The notes beneath the pieces were generated by a model that worked only from the letters and a program-made list of their open reading frames with translations, had not been told where the DNA came from and searched no databases. DNA of 64,000 nucleotides from Verrucomicrobiota bacterium (GTDB lineage: Bacteria > Verrucomicrobiota > Verrucomicrobiia > Limisphaerales > Palsa-1400). The DNA is taken from positions 1-64,000 of the forward strand of contig JBEKYR010000010.1 in the NCBI GenBank assembly GCA_049510745.1. The letters are read 5' to 3'. The position numbers and the translations under genes are program-made. The stretch's first letter is position 1. Every line of letters begins with the position of its first letter. Below are positions 10,319 to 19,747 of this stretch, in pieces.

Positions 10319-11422
10319 TTACGGCCGGGCCGCCGTGCCCACCGCCTGGCGAAGTTCGCTGAAGCCCCCTTCGCGCAGCCGCTTTTCCAATCCGCGGACA
10401 ATGTCCTTCACGACCCCGGGACCGCGATAGACCAGCCCGGTGTAAATCTGCACCAACGACGCGCCGGCGGTGATTTTTTCCCAGGCATCGGCGGCGTCAA
10501 AAATTCCGCCCACGCCGATGATCGGGACGGCGCCGCGGCTCTGGCGGTAAAGATGCCGGATGACTTCCGTGCTGCGTTGGCGGAGAGGCCGTCCGCTCAA
10601 GCCGCCGGGCCGGGAGTAAATCTGTTGCATGAGCGGGTTCTTGGAATCCGGGCGGGTGATGGTGGTGTTGGTGGCGACGAGGCCGGCGAGTTTGGGGGGC
10701 GCGGCTAGGGCCAGGATTTCGTCCAGCGCCTCGAAGGAGAGGTCCGGCGCCACTTTCACGAGAATGGGAATGGGCACGGCGCCGGAATTGTTTTCCCGGA
10801 GCGCGGCCAGGATTTCAGCCAGGGCGGCTTTGTTTTGGAGCTGGCGGAGGTTGGGCGTGTTGGGCGAACTGACGTTGACCACGAAAAAATCGGCATGGGA
10901 ACGAAGGACGCGAAAGGAATTGGCGTAATCTTCGGGGGCGGCTTCGAGCGGGGTGACTTTGGATTTGCCGAGGTTGACGCCGACGGGATGATTGGGCCAG
11001 CGGCCTTCCTTTTTCCATCGGGCCAGGGCTTCGGCCACGGCGGGCGCGCCCGGATTGTTGAAACCCATGCTGTTGACGATCGCCTCTTCCGGGATGGCGC
11101 GAAAGACGCGCGGCAGCGGATTGCCCGGCTGGGCGTGCCAGGTCACGCCGCCCAATTCACTGAAACCAAAACCCAGCGCCTTCCACGCCGGCACGGCCGC
11201 CGCCGCTTTATCCATCCCCGCGGCGAGGCCGACGGGATTTGGAAAGCGCAAGCCGAAAAGATCGACGGGCAATTCGGGCGCGCCGTAAAGCGCCGCCGCC
11301 AGTTGGCCCAGGAACCGGTTGCGGCTGACGCAGGCGAGGGCGCGCAGAGTGCGGTCGTGAATTCTCTCCGCCTCCTGCGCAAAGAGGAGCGGACGAACGA
11401 GGCGGCGGTAAAGCCAACTCAC
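10319..11422 (-). CDS. pyrD: Quinone-dependent dihydroorotate dehydrogenase
   Basis: NPVGLAAGMDK, NSMGFNN, VNVSSPNTPNLR, LVKVAPDL, GGLSG, IIGVGGI motifs. Confidence 0.97.
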   Translation of the reverse strand: MSWLYRRLVRPLLFAQEAERIHDRTLRALACVSRNRFLGQLAAALYGAPELPVDLFGLRFPNPVGLAAGMDKAAAAVPAWKALGFGFSELGGVTWHAQPGNPLPRVFRAIPEEAIVNSMGFNNPGAPAVAEALARWKKEGRWPNHPVGVNLGKSKVTPLEAAPEDYANSFRVLRSHADFFVVNVSSPNTPNLRQLQNKAALAEILAALRENNSGAVPIPILVKVAPDLSFEALDEILALAAPPKLAGLVATNTTITRPDSKNPLMQQIYSRPGGLSGRPLRQRSTEVIRHLYRQSRGAVPIIGVGGIFDAADAWEKITAGASLVQIYTGLVYRGPGVVKDIVRGLEKRLREGGFSELRQAVGTAARP

Positions 11423-11440
11423 GCGGGAAGGGCCGGCGCT

Positions 11441-13528
11441 TCAGCGCGGCGGGGTGGCGGCGCTGGCGGCGCTGGCGGCCGGACGGCCCGCTTGTTGGAA
11501 CGCGGCGCGGGGCAACAGATTGCGATAGGTGGCCAGGGCCAGCAACGGCCAACTGTTGCGATACATGTCGTATTTCAAATAAAACACGCGCGGGAAACCC
11601 GTCCCGGTCGTTTCCGCTTCGCTCCAGGAACCGTCGGCGTTTTGCGTGCGGACAAGATACTCGATGCCGTTCTGGATGCTGGGCCGGTGGGGGTCGTCGA
11701 AGGCGCAAAGGCCCATGACGGCCCAGGCGGTTTGGGAGGCGGTGCTGGCGCCCTGGCCCTTGAAAACGGGGTCGTCGTAAGTGTCGCAGCGTTCGCCCCA
11801 GCCGCCGTCCTCGCGCTGGACGCTTTCCAGCCAGTCGCGCGCCTTGAGGAGCCAGGGCTGGCGCATGTCCAGGCCGAGGGCGCGGAGGCCGCGGAGGACC
11901 TGCCAGGTCCCATAAATATAATTGACGCCCCAGCGGCCGTACCACGACCCGTCCTCCTCCTGGTGTTCGCGGATGAATTTCAGCGCCTCGCGCACCCGGG
12001 GATGTTCCTGGCTGAAATTCTCGTAGCCGAGCAATTCCAAAATGCGCGCGGTGATGTCGGCGCATTCGGGGTCGAGCATGGCGTTGTGGTCGGCGAAGGG
12101 CACCTTCTCCAGGACGCTCTTGGTGCAGTCCTTGTCAAAAGAAGCCCAGCCGCCGTCTTTGCATTGAAAGGTGAGCATCCAGTTGAGGCCGCGCTCGAAG
12201 GAGGCGTCGCGGCGGCGGGGATTGGCCGTCGGAATTTTGCGCAAAGCCAGCAGCACCATGGCCGTGTCATCCACGTCGGGGTTCCACTGGTTGTTGAATT
12301 CAAAGACCCAGCCGCTCGGCTCGACCTCCGCGGAGTTCTTGTAATGCCAGTCGCCGCGAAAGCGGACTTCGCGGTCGAGGAGCCAGTCGCAACATTTGAC
12401 CAGGGCGGGATGGTCGCTGGACAGGCCGGATTCGTGCAAGGCGATGGCGACAATGGCGGAGTCCCAAACCGGCGACAGGCACGGTTCCATGCGAATGCTG
12501 TGCTCGGTTTCGTGTTCGAGCTTCTTCAAGGCCTCTTCGGTCCGCGTGACCAGCGGATGATCGGCCGGGTACCCCAGGGCCTTGAGGGCGATGAGGGAAT
12601 TGAGGATGGCGGGAAAAATCGCCGCCAAACCATCGCTGCCCTCGAAGCGCTCAGTCATCCATGCCTCGGCCGTTTTGAGCGCGCGCGTGCGGAAGGGGTG
12701 GATGTTGTGGCGTGCAAAAAGCTCGGCGAACTTGTGCAGCCGGTCCAGCCAGTAAAAGAAATTTCGCCACGTAAACCGTTGGGGGTCGCGGGCCAGCATC
12801 AGGTCGCGCTCGTGAAAACCGAGGGGATAAAGTTCCTGCAAGGAGGCCCCGGGGCCGAGGCTGCGGGTCGGCTTGAAATGATTGATGATCGAGAGCGGGA
12901 CGAGCATCGAGCGGCTCCAGGAACTCATTTCATAGAAAGGCACGCAGAACCAGTTGCCGAGCAGGAGCACTTCGCAGGGAATGGTGGGCACGTACTCCCA
13001 CGGGAAAAGGCCGAGCAACGCGAGGTAGAGCTTGGAAAAGGTGTTCAGGCGCGGCACGCCGCCCAGGCTCAAGGCGGTCTGGCGGGCGCGCAACATGCGC
13101 GGATCGGTCACGGGGAGGCCCGCCAGCTTGAGGGCCAGGTAGGCCTTGACGGTGGCGTTGACTTCCGCCGGGCCGTTGAGATAAATGCTCCAGCCGCCGG
13201 CGGGCAGTTGCAGGGATAGAATATGGTTGACAGCTTTGCGCTGCCATTTCTCGTCCACCTGGCCGTCCCAATGGCGGAAGGCGATCATATCGGCCATGAG
13301 GGTGGCATCGACCATCAATTCGCCCACCCAATAGCCTTCGGGCTTCTGCTCGCGCAAAAGAAAATCCTGCGACCGCCCGAGGGCGGCTTCCAACTCCGGC
13401 AGGGTGAAAGAATCGAAATCGGAGGCCTTGGGCGGCGCGATCACCTGTCCGTTTTCAAAGAGATGCACAGACACGCTTCCTAATGTGCCCGCGAATTGCG
13501 GGGTGTAAAGGAATTTTCTTTCGGGCAC
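11441..13528 (-). CDS. shc: Squalene-hopene cyclase
   Basis: PDVDDTA (DxDD) catalytic motif; QW repeats (QxxDGGW, QxxDGSW); GRWGVNYIYGT. Confidence 0.97.
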   Translation of the reverse strand: MPERKFLYTPQFAGTLGSVSVHLFENGQVIAPPKASDFDSFTLPELEAALGRSQDFLLREQKPEGYWVGELMVDATLMADMIAFRHWDGQVDEKWQRKAVNHILSLQLPAGGWSIYLNGPAEVNATVKAYLALKLAGLPVTDPRMLRARQTALSLGGVPRLNTFSKLYLALLGLFPWEYVPTIPCEVLLLGNWFCVPFYEMSSWSRSMLVPLSIINHFKPTRSLGPGASLQELYPLGFHERDLMLARDPQRFTWRNFFYWLDRLHKFAELFARHNIHPFRTRALKTAEAWMTERFEGSDGLAAIFPAILNSLIALKALGYPADHPLVTRTEEALKKLEHETEHSIRMEPCLSPVWDSAIVAIALHESGLSSDHPALVKCCDWLLDREVRFRGDWHYKNSAEVEPSGWVFEFNNQWNPDVDDTAMVLLALRKIPTANPRRRDASFERGLNWMLTFQCKDGGWASFDKDCTKSVLEKVPFADHNAMLDPECADITARILELLGYENFSQEHPRVREALKFIREHQEEDGSWYGRWGVNYIYGTWQVLRGLRALGLDMRQPWLLKARDWLESVQREDGGWGERCDTYDDPVFKGQGASTASQTAWAVMGLCAFDDPHRPSIQNGIEYLVRTQNADGSWSEAETTGTGFPRVFYLKYDMYRNSWPLLALATYRNLLPRAAFQQAGRPAASAASAATPPR

Positions 13529-13549
13529 ATCTCCCTTTTGGGGCAGCCG

Positions 13550-13662
13550 CTCCTAATCTTGCTCTTAATCGTAATCGTAATCCCCGTCTTGCCCTTCCGC
13601 CTTCGCCGAGTTTGGGGCGGACAGGCCGGGAGGAGGATTAAGATTATGAGCAGGATTAGGAG
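13550..13662. repeat. REP-like inverted repeat built from hexamer units
   Basis: CTCCTAATCTTGCTCTTAATCGTAATC (13550-13576) pairs with GATTAAGATTATGAGCAGGATTAGGAG (13636-13662), 3 mismatches in 27. Confidence 0.8.
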
Positions 13663-13723
13663 GATTGCGAGTGGTTTTGATTGACATTGGTGGGCAATCG
13701 GCGCAAGAGAATGGGAGCGGCAG

Positions 13724-14503
13724 ATGAACAGAAATCATACACTGTTTTGGTTTGCCATCCTCTCGATGCTGCTCGGCGCTTGGGGACCTCTGGGGCTGAA
13801 GGCGCAGGATTTCCAGTACATCCCCAACCCGGCAAACACTCCCCGCTGGCCCCCGACGCCTAAGCCGGAACTGAATCCCTTCCCATTCGCCCTCCCGGCA
13901 CCAGGCCCCAAACTACCAAGCCCCAAACTTTTAGCCCAAGACCTAAAGCTGGAGCCGACGGCTATCGTGCTGGCGGTGCATGGGAAGGTCGAGTACTTCC
14001 AAGAGAATCAATGGCTCAACGTGAAGCCGAACATCCAGCTTGCGCACGGCACCACGCTTCGCACCGGCCCTGATTCGTACGTGGACGTGTTCGTCAATGG
14101 AATCTCGATTATTCGCGTAACAGAGCAGACGACGATGCAACTCCAAAAAATGACGCGCACCAGCGCTGAACGAGGCGCCGATACCGAAACGATTCTGAAT
14201 CTCGAACGCGGGACCATCCTTGGCAACGTCAGGAAATTGTCGGCCAATTCCCGCTATGAAATCGCAACGCCCCATGGAGTTGCGCGCATTCGCGGCACAG
14301 ACTTTCAAGTCTCCGTTTCTCCGCAAACAAATGGCGCGCCCGTCGTTACCTTCACCAGTGCGATGGGGGAATTGGTCTGTTCGGCGGTGGTGGATGGCAA
14401 ATCGGTGGTCAAGGTTCTCCGTAGCGGAGAGTCCTGGACGGTGGGTGACAAGGATATCAAGCCCGTTCCGGTGGTCATCCGGTGGTCATCTTCGGCTTAT
14501 TAA
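13724..14503 (+). CDS. FecR domain-containing exported protein
   Basis: Signal peptide, Pro-rich linker, 'LRTGPDSYVDV', 'YEIATPHGVARIRGTDF'. Confidence 0.85.
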   Translation: MNRNHTLFWFAILSMLLGAWGPLGLKAQDFQYIPNPANTPRWPPTPKPELNPFPFALPAPGPKLPSPKLLAQDLKLEPTAIVLAVHGKVEYFQENQWLNVKPNIQLAHGTTLRTGPDSYVDVFVNGISIIRVTEQTTMQLQKMTRTSAERGADTETILNLERGTILGNVRKLSANSRYEIATPHGVARIRGTDFQVSVSPQTNGAPVVTFTSAMGELVCSAVVDGKSVVKVLRSGESWTVGDKDIKPVPVVIRWSSSAY

Positions 14504-14667
14504 ATGCAGCCCAAGCGTGTCGTTTTGGTTTTCCGAGGAATTTCGCGGTTGACATCCCGGCCCCCGCGTGGCTCAGTTCGTCCGGGGACAGCGACCTATG
14601 AAACCGATTTTATGCTCTTCCTCAAACGTCTCGGAACTCCCCGTGTTTTGTTCATTATTCATGTTTT

Positions 14668-14895
14668 ATGATGTCGTTTTATTCGTTTAATTTCGTGTTG
14701 CTGGTCGTATTCGCCGTTTTCTTTTATCGGGCCGGCGTGCTGGAGAATGCCTCAGGGTTATTGTGGGCAGGTTTATCGGTATTGGTCTCACTTCTGGTTT
14801 GGCAGTGGCTCGGGTGGGGTCTGCTGGCCATGATTCTCAGTCAGGTCGGTCTGTTTGTCGGCATCGGTGTTGTTCGGGTTATCCACAAGTCATGA
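14668..14895 (+). CDS. Small membrane protein
   Basis: 75 aa with three hydrophobic segments; ATGA-coupled to the next gene. Confidence 0.6.
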   Translation: MMSFYSFNFVLLVVFAVFFYRAGVLENASGLLWAGLSVLVSLLVWQWLGWGLLAMILSQVGLFVGIGVVRVIHKS

Positions 14896-15338
14896 GGCGC
14901 AAGCCATTCAAGACGCCGATGGAAAGGAAGATGCCCGCCAAGGTGAAGCCTCCAACTGACCCGGAACTGAAGGCCGTTCTCGGTTCCGCCGGCGTCTTGT
15001 GGTCTGGAATTGTCCGCGCCGTCGAGGAAACGTTCGTTCCGCTGGACCAGCAGTGGAAGCCGTCCAAAGCCGGGTTTGGGCGTGTGTGCCTGCTCCAGCA
15101 CAAGAAGAGAACGCTGCTCTATCTGACGCCTGACAAGGAGAAGGTTTGGATCGCCATAATTCTTGGCGGGCGCGCCTACGACCTCGCGATGGCCAGTTCG
15201 ATCCCCGCTGCGATCAAGAAGATGTTTTCGGAAGCGCGGCCGTATGCCGAGGGCCGGGGGATTCGTTTCCCGGCAAGCTCACTGGGCGACATTCCGATGA
15301 TTACGAAGTTAGTGGAGATCAAGACCACGCCCAAATGA
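14892..15338 (+). CDS. DUF3788-like protein
   Basis: 'KKRTLLYLTP', 'ARPYAEGRGIRF', 'LVEIK' pattern; start taken at the ATGA overlap. Confidence 0.7.
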   Translation: MRRKPFKTPMERKMPAKVKPPTDPELKAVLGSAGVLWSGIVRAVEETFVPLDQQWKPSKAGFGRVCLLQHKKRTLLYLTPDKEKVWIAIILGGRAYDLAMASSIPAAIKKMFSEARPYAEGRGIRFPASSLGDIPMITKLVEIKTTPK

Positions 15339-15451
15339 AAAAGCCCGACCGGCGCCCTGGGCGGAAAGAGGACAACTTTGCTTTTCGCCTGATCTGTGTT
15401 GCGCGGTCCAGTTTCCCGCCCGCCCGTAATTGAGTTTATTTCACTTTCTTT

Positions 15452-15477
15452 GAACTTTTCACCGGGCGCGGACGACT
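15452..15477 (+). promoter_or_regulatory. Putative ECF-type autoregulatory promoter
   Basis: GAACTT...CGAC elements just upstream of the ECF sigma gene. Confidence 0.45.
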
Positions 15478-15494
15478 TATCCTAATGAAAACAG

Positions 15495-15995
15495 GTGAGC
15501 ATAACCGATGACATCGGCGGTCGCGCCCAGGACCTGGATCGGATTTACCAGGAAGCCCGGCCGGAATTGCTCGGGTACTTCCGGCGGCGCCACGGCAGCC
15601 CGGAAACGGCCGAGGATTTGTTGCAGGAAACTTTTGCCGCGGTGCTGCGCCATCCGCAACGGTTGCTCCAGGCCGATTCCCCGCGCGCCTACCTTTTCGG
15701 CGTGGCGCGCAATATCAGCGCGGATGCGCTCCGCCGGGCGCGCCCGGCCGAGGTGCCGTTGGAGGAGGCCGCCGCCGCGGAGGAGGAGCCGGACCCGCGT
15801 TTGGAGACGATGCGCGAGGCCATTGGCCGGCTCAACCCCGCCTTGCGCCAGGTGCTCGAGCTGCGGCTGCGCCAGGAGCTGGCCTACGAGGAAATCGCCG
15901 GGCTTCTTAACATCCCTGTCGGCACGGTCCGGTCGCGGCTGCACCATGCTGTCAAGAATCTCCGCGGGGCCTTGCAGGCCGCGCACAGCTTATGA
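15495..15995 (+). CDS. ECF RNA polymerase sigma factor
   Basis: 'AEDLLQETF', 'AYLFGVARN', 'YEEIAGLLNIPVGTVRSRLHHA'. Confidence 0.95.
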   Translation: MSITDDIGGRAQDLDRIYQEARPELLGYFRRRHGSPETAEDLLQETFAAVLRHPQRLLQADSPRAYLFGVARNISADALRRARPAEVPLEEAAAAEEEPDPRLETMREAIGRLNPALRQVLELRLRQELAYEEIAGLLNIPVGTVRSRLHHAVKNLRGALQAAHSL

Positions 15996-16441
15996 ATCAA
16001 GAAATCGTGGAAAGACTGGTCATCGACAAGGCGTCGGGCGAATTGACGCCGGACGCGGCGGCGTTGCTGGAGGCCTGGCTGGAGCGCGAGCCGGGTGCGA
16101 AAGCCGGGGCCGCGGAAATCGACGAGACGTTGCGCCTGGCCAAACGCGCTTTGGGCGGGGCGGAGGAACACGCCGTTCTCCGTCCGAAGTTCCGCAGCCC
16201 CGCCTGGCCCCGGTGGGCCGCCGGCATGGCCGCCTGTTTTCTCGCCGGACTCGGCCTGGGGTTGCTGCCTCTCCGCCAGCCAACGGTCGCGCCGCCCGCG
16301 GAAAATTTTGCGACGGTCAATGACGCCGGTTTTTGGTCGGCGCGCCGGTTGCACGTGTCAAGTTCAACGTCTAAAGTTCAAGGGTCCAGGTTGATCTGGA
16401 AATCTCCGGTCACAAAACCTCAATTGGAAGCGTCCTCATAA
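15992..16441 (+). CDS. Putative single-TM anti-sigma factor
   Basis: ATGA-coupled to the sigma gene; N-terminal 'GELTPDAAALLEAWL' anti-sigma-like segment and one TM helix. Confidence 0.7.
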   Translation: MNQEIVERLVIDKASGELTPDAAALLEAWLEREPGAKAGAAEIDETLRLAKRALGGAEEHAVLRPKFRSPAWPRWAAGMAACFLAGLGLGLLPLRQPTVAPPAENFATVNDAGFWSARRLHVSSSTSKVQGSRLIWKSPVTKPQLEASS

Positions 16442-16455
16442 TCATTCCACACTAT

Positions 16456-17802
16456 ATGAAAACAATTCACGGTTGGTTCGTTGTCGCGGTTGCGGGTCTA
16501 TTGTTTCTCACCTCGGGCTGCGGGGTGCAGCGCGTCGTCTGGTCGCCCGACGGCACGCGGGCGGCGGTCCTGGGCGAGCAGGGGTTGTACTTTTCCGACG
16601 CGGAAGGAAAGGTGTCCGGCCTGCTGGTGTCCAACGTGGCGATGGCCGAGTGGTTTCCCGATTCGCACAAGCTGGCGCTGGTTCGCAGCGACAAGACCCA
16701 GTCGTGGGCCGACCTCCAGACGCATCTGCGCGCCGAGGACCGCGACCCGATCATCCAGGAGGGGCAAACGGTCCTGAAGGAGTTGAACGCCGGACACGAC
16801 TGGAAGGCGGCGCTCAAGGCCGTCGATCATGCCGACGCCGTCGCTCTCTATTTGAAGGGCGCCGAAGGCGTCAAGGAGAAGGCGGGGGCGGATTGGGCGG
16901 AGTTGGACCGGAAAGAAATCTCCGTTTATGAACTCTACGTTGGAACCATCAGCGGCGATCAGGTCACCCTTGGCGCGGCGCTGGTTCAGACGCTGCAGCA
17001 ACCCTTGCCCCTGGGCCTGCGCGTTTCGCCCGCCGGAACCGCCATCGCCATGACCACCGACGCCGGCAAACGGCACGGCGCCCGGCTGATCGTCGTTCCG
17101 GCCGATGGCTCGGCCCCGGAGAAAATCGTCTCCGAGGATGCCTGCGGCCATCCGGATTGGACCAAAGACGGGCGTGCCCTGGTCTATATCAACGCCGTCG
17201 GCGCGATGACCAGCGACGACGATCTGCGGTTGGGCGCGTTGACGCGGCGCCAGGTGATCAATGCCGCCGGCGCCGTTGAAATTCAAACCAACCACGACGA
17301 TTTGGCCGGCATGCTCTTTGACTCCAACCTCGGCGCGCGCTCTCTGAGCGATGGGCGCATCCTCTTCCTCGCCCTGGATTTGCAGTTGCCCGTCACCGCG
17401 CCGGACATGCCGGAACGACCGCAGATTTTCGCCCTCGACCCGCGCCACCAGGCGACTCTCACCCGGTTGATTCCTCGCAGCGTCATGCAGAATCTCTCGC
17501 AAGGAGTCGGATTCTGGGAAGTCAGCCCCGACGAAAAGAAGGTGCTCATGGCCGCCGACAAGGGCGCCGTCATGGTCCTGTCGCTGGCCGACGGAACTCT
17601 GGCCACCGTGCAAGCTGCTGGCGGCGACGATCCCCCGTCCTTCCCCTCCTGGCGCGGCAGCGACGAAGTGTGTTACCTGTCGGCCAGTCCGACCAATTCC
17701 GCGGGACACGCCTGGGAAGTGGCGCTCTGGAAAGACGGCACCAACCGGGTGATCAGCGCCGGCTGGCCCGCCGACCTCAGAAAGGGATTTCTGGATAAGT
17801 AA
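16456..17802 (+). CDS. Lipoprotein with TolB/WD40-like beta-propeller
   Basis: LTSGC lipobox; WSPDG, WFPDS, PDWTKDG, VSPDEK, PSW blade motifs. Confidence 0.75.
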   Translation: MKTIHGWFVVAVAGLLFLTSGCGVQRVVWSPDGTRAAVLGEQGLYFSDAEGKVSGLLVSNVAMAEWFPDSHKLALVRSDKTQSWADLQTHLRAEDRDPIIQEGQTVLKELNAGHDWKAALKAVDHADAVALYLKGAEGVKEKAGADWAELDRKEISVYELYVGTISGDQVTLGAALVQTLQQPLPLGLRVSPAGTAIAMTTDAGKRHGARLIVVPADGSAPEKIVSEDACGHPDWTKDGRALVYINAVGAMTSDDDLRLGALTRRQVINAAGAVEIQTNHDDLAGMLFDSNLGARSLSDGRILFLALDLQLPVTAPDMPERPQIFALDPRHQATLTRLIPRSVMQNLSQGVGFWEVSPDEKKVLMAADKGAVMVLSLADGTLATVQAAGGDDPPSFPSWRGSDEVCYLSASPTNSAGHAWEVALWKDGTNRVISAGWPADLRKGFLDK

Positions 17803-17805
17803 CCG

Positions 17806-18351
17806 TTACGCCGGCATTGGGTCGGTCTTGAGCAGACCATAAATGGCGTGATCGACAAAATGGTCGTAAAGCCACTCCGCCCCGCGGGCGATGCCCTCGA
17901 AGCCGAACCCCAGTCGTTCAGGAATAGCGCGGCTGGGGCGGTTCTCAACGGCGCAACGGATGCTGATCCGGTGCAAACCCAGCGCGCCAAACCCGTGTGC
18001 GATCACCGCCCGGCAACTGGCGGTCATAAGGCCCTTGCCTTGATGCGACGCCGCCAGCCAGTATTCGAGAGAGGAGGCGCGGTGCGGCCAATCTATCCCG
18101 TGCCAGTTAATCATTCCGCACAGCTTTCCTTCCTCCCAAATGCCGGCGTGGAACCCCTGGTTGAGCGCAAATTGTCTCAAACTCAGAGTAATGTAACTCG
18201 ACGTCTCGGCCAGCGTCCGCCGATGATCCAGCCAATTGAGCCACTGCCGCAAATAGGCGCGGTTGGCCTCGATCAGATTGAACAATTCCTGCGCATGGCG
18301 CTGCTCGATGAGCGCCAACTCCACTCCATCTCTCACTTGCCACCGAAACAT
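17806..18351 (-). CDS. RimJ/RimL-family GNAT N-acetyltransferase
   Basis: 'LEYWLAASHQGKGLMT', 'NRPSRAIPERLGF', 'EWLYDHFVDH'. Confidence 0.92.
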   Translation of the reverse strand: MFRWQVRDGVELALIEQRHAQELFNLIEANRAYLRQWLNWLDHRRTLAETSSYITLSLRQFALNQGFHAGIWEEGKLCGMINWHGIDWPHRASSLEYWLAASHQGKGLMTASCRAVIAHGFGALGLHRISIRCAVENRPSRAIPERLGFGFEGIARGAEWLYDHFVDHAIYGLLKTDPMPA

Positions 18352-18391
18352 GGCGCCATGCTACACGCCCGACGCGCCAAGTGAAAGGTTT

Positions 18392-19720
18392 TCAACCGCC
18401 GAGCGTGCTCGGATCATTCACGTCGCCCTTGTTGAAATCCACATACGCTTCCGTCAAGTCGGCGGCATAGACCAGCGCCTCGGCGCGGCCGAGATTCAAA
18501 TGGATGTGCAGATCAAACGCGCCGGCCGCCGTGATCGCGCACAGCGCCCGGAACGGCACGGCGGTGGGCCGTCCGCGTTTCAAGGAATGCAAAATCTTCC
18601 GTTCGCCGGGCAGGCTGTAGCCGACATCGATCCTGTCCTCCTTGATCTGCGCCGCGGAATATCCCAGCGCGCAGAGAATGCGGCCCCAGTTGGGATCGCC
18701 CCCGCACCAACTGGTCTTGACCAGCGCGCTGTTGGCCACCGCCCGCGCCGCCGCCTCCGCCCCGGCGGCGGTCCTGGCCCCGCGCACCCGCACCGTGACA
18801 AAACGCGACACGCCCTCGCCGTCCAGCACAATCTTTTTCGCCAACTCCAGCGTCACATGGTCCAGGGCCGATTGAAACACGGCCAGGTCGCGCGACCGCG
18901 CTGCCAGCGGCGGGTGACCCGCCCGGCCGTTGGCCAGCAGGAGCACGGTGTCGTTGGTGCTCATGTCGCCGTCCACCGTGATGCGGTTGAAGCTCCGGGC
19001 CACCGCCGCGCCCAAGGCGGCCTGCAACGTTCCGGCTTCCACGGCGGCGTCGGTCGTAAGGAAACAGAGCATCGTGGCGTGCAAGGCGGGCCGCGCGCCC
19101 GATGCGCTCATCCCCGGCTGGATCATGCCGGCGCCTTTGCACATCCCGCCCAGGCGGACGGTCCGCCCGCCGAGTTGGAAGGCAACGGCGATTTCCTTCG
19201 GGCGCGTGTCGCTGGTCATGATGGCTTCGACCGCCTGCCGCGCGCTCTGGCGCGAGGAATCGAGCAGGGTGGCGGCCCGCAGAATTCCCTTCTTGACGTT
19301 GCCCATCGGCAGCGGAACGCCGATCCGTCCCGTGGACGCGACCAGCACCTCCGCCGCGGAAATGTTGTGTCCGGCCAGCGCCGCCGCGGTAATTTTGGCC
19401 ATGGCTTCGGCGTCGCGCCGGCCCTGGCGGCCGGTGCAGGCATTGGCGTTGCCGGAATTGATGACCACGGCCCGCGCCAGGCCGCGCCGGACGCGTTCGA
19501 TGCACAGCTTGACCGGCGCGGCGCAGACCTGGTTGGTGGTAAACGTGCCGGCGACGGTGGCGGGGGCGTCTGACACCAGCAGGGCGAGATCGCGTTTGAC
19601 GCCCTTGTTCGAGCCTTTGCCCGTGCCGAGCCGTTTAATGTCGCAGAACACGCCCGCGGCCAGGAACCCTTGCGGCGCGGTGGCCGACCCGTCAATCGTT
19701 TGGAAATGGGATTTTTTCAC
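18392..19720 (-). CDS. argJ: Bifunctional ornithine acetyltransferase / N-acetylglutamate synthase
   Basis: NSGNANACTG, KGAGMI, ATML autoprocessing site, DGDMSTND, DGEG, DPNWGR. Confidence 0.97.
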   Translation of the reverse strand: MKKSHFQTIDGSATAPQGFLAAGVFCDIKRLGTGKGSNKGVKRDLALLVSDAPATVAGTFTTNQVCAAPVKLCIERVRRGLARAVVINSGNANACTGRQGRRDAEAMAKITAAALAGHNISAAEVLVASTGRIGVPLPMGNVKKGILRAATLLDSSRQSARQAVEAIMTSDTRPKEIAVAFQLGGRTVRLGGMCKGAGMIQPGMSASGARPALHATMLCFLTTDAAVEAGTLQAALGAAVARSFNRITVDGDMSTNDTVLLLANGRAGHPPLAARSRDLAVFQSALDHVTLELAKKIVLDGEGVSRFVTVRVRGARTAAGAEAAARAVANSALVKTSWCGGDPNWGRILCALGYSAAQIKEDRIDVGYSLPGERKILHSLKRGRPTAVPFRALCAITAAGAFDLHIHLNLGRAEALVYAADLTEAYVDFNKGDVNDPSTLGG

Positions 19721-19747
19721 CGATTATGAGTAAGATGAGGAACGGCT

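Noticed and set aside
10835..13219. 794-aa + strand ORF, and similar long ORFs at 20985-22652, 22351-24363, 33984-35357 and 56556-58979
   Set aside because: Antisense shadows of shc/pyrD, ggt, metG, smc and GH115, expected from high-GC codon bias; no recognisable motifs
15340..15430. Second attC site after the DUF3788-like gene
   Set aside because: No convincing R''/R' boxes or stem pairing by eye
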